Source: Octopus vulgaris
Lineage: Eukaryota
NCBI GenBank assembly: GCA_951406725.2
Contig: OX597836.1
Location: 2,604,001 to 2,668,000, forward strand
Direction: 5' to 3'
DNA length: 64,000 nucleotides
The first letter of the stretch is position 1, and each line of letters begins with the position of its first letter. The position numbers and the translations under genes are program-made. The notes below the pieces were generated by a model. The model worked only from the letters and a program-made list of their open reading frames with translations, was not told the origin of the DNA and searched no databases. Positions 57,417 to 64,000 of the stretch are shown here, in pieces.

Positions 57417-57509
57417 GAGGGAGAGTGAGAGAAAAACTGAGACGGAGAAAATGTATATATGCACACACATATATATCTATACAAATGTATATACAGAAAT
57501 ATTAGATAC

Positions 57510-57547
<38 letters not shown>

Positions 57548-57631
57548 TAAATCATATATATTGACACAAGCAAACAAATATACATAATATAACAGCATAC
57601 ATACATAAGTATATATACATAAATATAATGT

Positions 57632-57683
<52 letters not shown>

Positions 57684-58829
57684 TTTTCATAAATGCATAA
57701 TATAATGAACGGTTTCAAAGCTCCTTTGCCGTTGGGTGATTTGTTTACGAAACGTTTCAGATAAAATTTTTCGGAGGGAAAGCGTAAAGACTTCCATTGT
57801 ATTTACTGAACGAAAGAGTATAAAGAGTAAAGAAGGGGTCTTCCCCTGTATAGTATTGGAGTAGTATGAGGAAGATCGGAAGGGGAATTGGGTAGTAGTG
57901 AGACTGGTGGAGGAGAGCGAAGAACACGTGGAAAGATGGAAAATATATTGGTTGGTGGAAGATAGGAACCATTGTATTTGTGGGGAGGGAAGGATTCAGA
58001 TGCCAAGGGAATTGGCAAAAAGTTTTATAGAATAAACGCAAGTATGTTTGCGCGCAGAGACAGACACACACACGCTTATGTGTGTGCGTTAATGGCATAT
58101 ACATATATGTGTGTGTGTGTGGCTGTGAGTGTGTATTTGTGTGTGTTTACGTATTTACCTGTACATTGTGATTTTGTATATAATATGACATATAAATGAG
58201 AAGCATAAAAATGAGAAATACATAGGATTAAACTTAATGAATTAAAAATTTCCAACAATACAACCAATTCATTCTTCATTGCAATTCCAAAATTCTCTTT
58301 TCATCGTATTCTAACCATTTCATAATCGCATACGTTTCTTTCTGCCTCATTTGACAGAATTTATCGTTAAATTAATGCGTATTTTTCCTTACAATGGGCA
58401 ACATATTAATAAAATATTTTAGCTCAATACACTTTGTTAAATTCAAATTTCCCCCTTGCTGTTGACAGAGATCATGTCCCTCTGTATCCCATCCCAAATC
58501 ATTATTTTCCCCGTATTACTTTGTTTTATTTGAAACACAAACTTCCATAGCGATCGGGGTTGATCCTACACAGCAACGTTTCATGGCTGAAGAAATGATT
58601 GTTGTACTGCTGTTATTTTTACGAATTTCATCCATATTTTCGATAAAATTATTGATATTTTATATAACAATGTCTCACAGAGAGACAGAAATAGACGTTC
58701 CGTTCATTGATTGACAAGCCAATTAACCCATCACTATTGCCAGGAGCTAGTTTTCTTGAAATACAGGATTACTGGGATATTAGAATATTAGTTTATTATG
58801 AATATTGGAATACATATCGCCGTGAGAAA

Positions 58830-59440
58830 TAAACTCTGTTCCAGGTGAAGAAATATATGACTACGACGGTATTTTATACAGTGTGTGTCACAAGAATTAA
58901 ATTATAGGGAAATGATGAACCAGAAAGATAGATTCTACAATGTACCTGAGTCTGCTAGAAATGGCAGCAAATTCTCACTCTACATCATACATTTCAGCCT
59001 TCGAAGATGACATTGTAAACTTCTTGCCATATAAGGATGAGGTATAAATCAAGCGATGAATTAAGGTTGCAATGGGACGATTTGGATAATTCAAAAGAAC
59101 ATTTGTGTGAAAGAGTTATTGTTGTAGAAGGCAAAATAAATGGGGACAAAAGTGTTACCATTCCGAAAATTACTTTGGGTATCTATGATGTCAGTCACCA
59201 TTACAGAGCTACTTGAATCCCTTCAAGTGGTTTACATCCTGGTTTCAAACCGTGCCGTGTTAAATTTGTGTTCAAAACTTTGGTGAATAGATAAGATAAA
59301 TAGTTGCGGGACAATCAATATTCTAATCCGGTCCCTCAAAATTTCTGGGCTTTGGCTAAACTAGAAAATGTTAAGCAAAAACAAGGAGCATTTTCAGTGG
59401 CTTGCGCAATGCCATTCACATACATCTCAATGGGGGTACT
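58830..59440 (+). mobile_element. Helitron PIF1-like helicase remnant with nested insertions
   Basis: GCNGT (59065), then after a frameshift HLCERVIVVEGKINGDKSVTIPKITL (59100-59177), cf. GLCNGTRL….VI…..G..V.IPRI.L. FSVACAM near 59390 is comparable to FPVRLAFAM. Confidence 0.6.
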
Positions 59441-59593
59441 GGGCCAGTTTGTTTCAGCGCGAGAATCAATTTAATTTATGCGTATCTATACAATACACAA
59501 TCATTTAACATATTGACTGAGGATCAAGTAACTGAATCGATCAAATAAAAATAAAATGTCGCATTTGAACGCGACAGACGATCGTTCAATTAC

Positions 59594-59642
59594 CGGTGAA
59601 CCAGTTATGGGCTCACAACAGCTCTGCTTACAGTTCGTCGTT
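59594..59642 (-). other. Candidate 49-nt internal exon
   Basis: Acceptor TGTTGTCTTTTACAG| and donor CCG|GTAATT in unique sequence. No homology recognised. Confidence 0.3.
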
Positions 59643-59936
59643 CTGTAAAAGACAACACATTTATTTCTAAATCAAAAATATGAGTCATATTGTTTCCTGT
59701 CAATTTAATAGTAAATTTTTATATCAGCCTGTTAATTAATTCACATAAGTTATGCATATAATTATTTTTCTCTTTTGATCTTGCTTTCTTTTGGAAATAG
59801 AATCTGAGTCATCGACATTCTTCGTTTATCATGTATAGAACCGAAAAGTACTGTAGAACATTGAAGAATCATTCTTAAATAGGTACTTCTATCTATCTAT
59901 GTATCTATTTTTCTCTCAGTTTGTCTATCTAACTCT

Positions 59937-59993
<57 letters not shown>

Positions 59994-59997
59994 TATA

Positions 59998-60033
<36 letters not shown>

Positions 60034-60302
60034 GTGTGTGTATACATATACATATATAGATGTATACATATGCATATATATATATGTAAATATACATATA
60101 TATATATGTATATATATATATAAGATATATATAAAGATATATATGTGTATCTGTAAGTACATATATAAGTATTACATATATTTATATATATATATGTATA
60201 TGTATATATATGTATATATATTATATATATATATGTGTGTGTATGTATTTAAATTTATAATTATATTTATCTATCTATCTATATATATATATATATGTAT
60301 AC

Positions 60303-60364
<62 letters not shown>

Positions 60365-61281
60365 AACATACACACACAACCGTACGTATATATTCATATG
60401 TATATGCACAGAGAGATGTGGGAATAATATGGATATATACTTACGAACACGTGTGTAGAAGTGGGTATATATGAGTGCATTGCTAAGTACACAAACACAT
60501 TAACACACACGCACATGCACTCACACACTCATATGTATGTGTGTACGCTTGTATATATATGTCTGTGTGTATGCAGTTATGTACAAGTTAATGGTGCAGA
60601 AGCAAGCGTAATCGCTTGATACATGCATAATTTAACACAATCCTACCAAATTCCCACCGATTACCCGCCGAGAAATCGGTAAAAGTTTAAACTTAGAAAG
60701 ACGTTGCCATATTTCTAACCAATTTTGTGCCTCATCAACCACAAGAGACTTCGCATTTGGTTGCAGTTGGTGCCTAGCTGAACTTTCTTTGCAACTATTC
60801 GCTAATGCTTAACGAAAAAGAAACATTAAAACGCAGACGGTTCCGTCCAAATTAGTTATATCGGTGCACTTTGCGTGGCTTCAGATGTGGTTAAAATATA
60901 CGTATTCGTATGTGTCGATGCTGCCGTTAGAGATTGTGTCTTTGTGTGTTTGCACGTGTGTGTGTGTGTGTATGGTGTAAGGGTGTGTTTGCGTTTGAGC
61001 CCGTGCGTGTGTATAGTGATTGGGTGTGTATACATACACACATGCAAATACATATGTACATAAATACGGGTGCATGTATTCATTTATGCACTAAGCACCT
61101 CTATCTCTCTGTGTCTTTCTCTTTGCACGTGCATACGCTCATAGACAAACACACACACACACACACATATATATATATGTAAATATTCGCACAAATATAA
61201 ACATGTATATATATATATGTATGTATATATACATACATACAAACACACATATATACATGCATACATACATACACATATATA

Positions 61282-61326
<45 letters not shown>

Positions 61327-61565
61327 GTAAATATATTTATATGTACAAGAGTGTGCGTGCATGTATATGTGTGCGTGTGTGTTCGTGTGCGCCCACCCCT
61401 TCAGTTTGTTGCAGTTTGATTGCCATGCATATATATTTGTGAGTGTCTGTTAGTGTATATACGTGCGACGTGGGACCTGTGCTGTTCGCTTAGCTGAAAA
61501 TCTTCAACCGCAATTGACTTTCGAACACCGAAACACAAGCTGAAAATAAATTTATGTTATCATAT

Positions 61566-61772
61566 TGGTTTCTAAGTTTGATACAATGCTGACCAAAAAC
61601 TTCCGGGTAAGAAAATTTTACGATTACATCGAATTCTCTGGTTCTTATCGAAAGTAAAAGTGATGAAATGCGAAGTTGACCTCGGCGGAATTTGAACTCG
61701 CTCCATAAAGACAGACTTAATACCGATAAGGAGCTACCGCGGTGTACTTAACCATTCTGCCAGCTCACCGCG
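61566..61772 (-). mobile_element. SINE family A copy
   Basis: GACCTCGGCGGAATTTGAACTC…TTCTGCCAGCTCACCGC. Confidence 0.8.
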
Positions 61773-62030
61773 TTTATTTGTGTCATCATATCAAACCGTT
61801 ACAATGTTTGCATCGAGTAATGTTCCAATCTTGAAATATGCATTGCATTGCTCGTTATTCTTGATGTTGTGTTTAATCTTCGTGATATTTCCATTTATCA
61901 AAACCTTATAAAAGGGAGTCCACATGTGTAAGAGTTATGTCTAAATGATCAACAGTTTTGATGGGTTATAATTCTGATGAAACCATTAAACCGTTTTATA
62001 TTAGTCTTATTATTATGAGGTACATACAAT

Positions 62031-62232
62031 GCGGAGACCTGGTAGAATCGGTAGCACCCCGGGTGAAATGCTCTGCGACATTACTTCTGGCGGTACGATT
62101 TGAGTTCAAATTCTGCCGAGGTTGGGTTTGCGTTTGGGAATGGATGAAATAAATACCAGTGGAGCCCTGGAGATGACGTAATCAACTAGCCCCCTCCCCA
62201 GAAATTTCAGGCCTTGTGCGTAAAATAGGAAG
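62031..62232 (+). mobile_element. SINE family A copy (decayed)
   Basis: TGGTAGAATCGGTAGCAC…TGAGTTCAAATTCTGCCGAGGT. Confidence 0.75.
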
Positions 62233-63148
62233 GTTTACTTTTTGGTACCTACGGCAGCAACTTGACAGAATTGCCTTGACAGAATTGCTCCAGGTATGAC
62301 CTTTCAAATATGAACTCATTTTAGCAGTCCAGATTATCTCTTTAAAGGTTCGGACATATGACGATTCATCAAGAATTAGTCCACAGATTAGGAACTCCGC
62401 TTTCGCGACTAACAATACAAGACTATAATTTTACACTTTATTCCGGGTATTCTGTTGCCAGGCAGTTCATACAAAGCCGACTGTCTTGAGCATTTGTTCA
62501 GCATTTTCTCTTAAAAGAATGTTACTAAACACACATTATCTCTCATTCCCGAGGTATTGTTTTAAGTTCACTATTTAATTATTTATTATCTACGACAGCT
62601 CTCGCCTACGTTCGTTATAAACTAATTCACTAATCCATTTATTTGTAAAACTGGTATTGTGGTGGAAAAGGCACGTTGCAACCAATCAACAGGGTACCTT
62701 AGTGTGAATGCTTAGCGTTCGCTAAATTAATTTTAACTTGTCTTCGTATTCTTATTTAAAAGACTAATCTTCATGTCTGTCCATATGTGCGGAATATTAA
62801 TTCCGTATATACACTCTCTATCTACCTGAACGACCCTTTCTTTCTCTCTCTCGCTCTTTGTATATGTGTGTGGTATGTGTGTGTGTGCGTATGTGTAAAT
62901 AGATAGATATAGATATATACATACATGTATACATATGTACACTAACACAAACGCACGCGCTCCGAGTAACTAAGAGTTTTTGAATAAATACCCGTAAAAA
63001 CGAGGGAAATACCAAAATACCAAGAATAACGTTCATGCGTATATTTGTATACAAACATACATGCATACATACGTACATACATACATACATACATACATGC
63101 AGATATATATTTTGCATACACATTTATATATAGGTATATATATATATG

Positions 63149-63229
<81 letters not shown>

Positions 63230-63323
63230 GTATCTATGTGTGCATATATTTATGTATGTATGTGTGTATACGCATATATGTACATATCTGCATGCACACA
63301 CACACACACACACACATACACAC

Positions 63324-63364
<41 letters not shown>

Positions 63365-64000
63365 CACACGTATCCATCCATTCCCATAGATTTATGTATA
63401 AACATTAACGCAACACTGCGCTGTTGGCCTTCTGCTTTCAATTATCTCTGCCCCATTCTCACACTTCTTGCATATATTTTATTCATTTTCCTCCATCGCA
63501 ACTCAACATTGTTATACATTACTTTATTCTTGCTTCGTACACCATTTTTTGTTTTTTTCTTGTTCATGTTTCTTTTATGTTTTTGCTTTATATTTATCAC
63601 CGTTCTTATTCCTATCTTTGTCTCAACAATCACATTTGTCATTTATATATTCACTGTCCAATATTCGCCTTGTAAAACATCTTTTCCCAACCTTATTTTC
63701 CGATGATTTATGTCGCCATTTTGTCTCCATAGTGTTCTACTCGTTCTCTCTCTGTCTCTCTCTCTCTCACTCTCTTGCTCTCTCTCTCTCTCTCCCCTTC
63801 TCTCTATATCGTTCAGTTTGCAACTCTGCCACAGTTTCTCTCTCACTTTCTCATTTTCTCAGCAATTCTCTTAAGGCTAATCTCTCTTTCTCTCTGTCTG
63901 TCTCTCTCTCTCGCTCTTACACACATACACACACTTTTTCTCTCTCTCTTTCCCTCGTCCTCCTTCCTAGCTCCTTTTCTCTCTCTTCGTCCACTCCCTC

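Noticed and set aside
60755-60800. Pre-miRNA-like hairpin
   Set aside because: The stem is too short and asymmetric, and no known mature sequence was recognised.

Overview
AT-rich eukaryotic genomic DNA, very rich in microsatellites. The SINE families and repeat density suggest a coleoid cephalopod, probably Octopus; this is an inference from recalled repeat consensus sequences. No intact protein-coding gene can be supported, and almost every ORF in the track is a translation of simple repeats. The window is mostly transposable-element debris: at least five tRNA-derived SINE families, three copies of a ~555 bp non-coding element sitting in (TAA)n tracts, and decayed Tc1/mariner, hAT, Helitron, R4/Dong, Tx1/L1 and Penelope-like (PLE) fragments. 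There is also one complete non-autonomous Helitron and a 64-bp minisatellite with a 5-unit higher-order pattern. The most notable signal is a set of minimal type I hammerhead ribozymes (HHRs) from PLE termini. Several lie in fold-back arrangements inside (TA)n tracts, including a perfect 154-bp spacerless palindrome (27397-27550) carrying two divergent HHRs that meet exactly at its centre. Weak splice signals hint at the 3' part of a minus-strand host transcript (59642-59594, then from 43945 downward).
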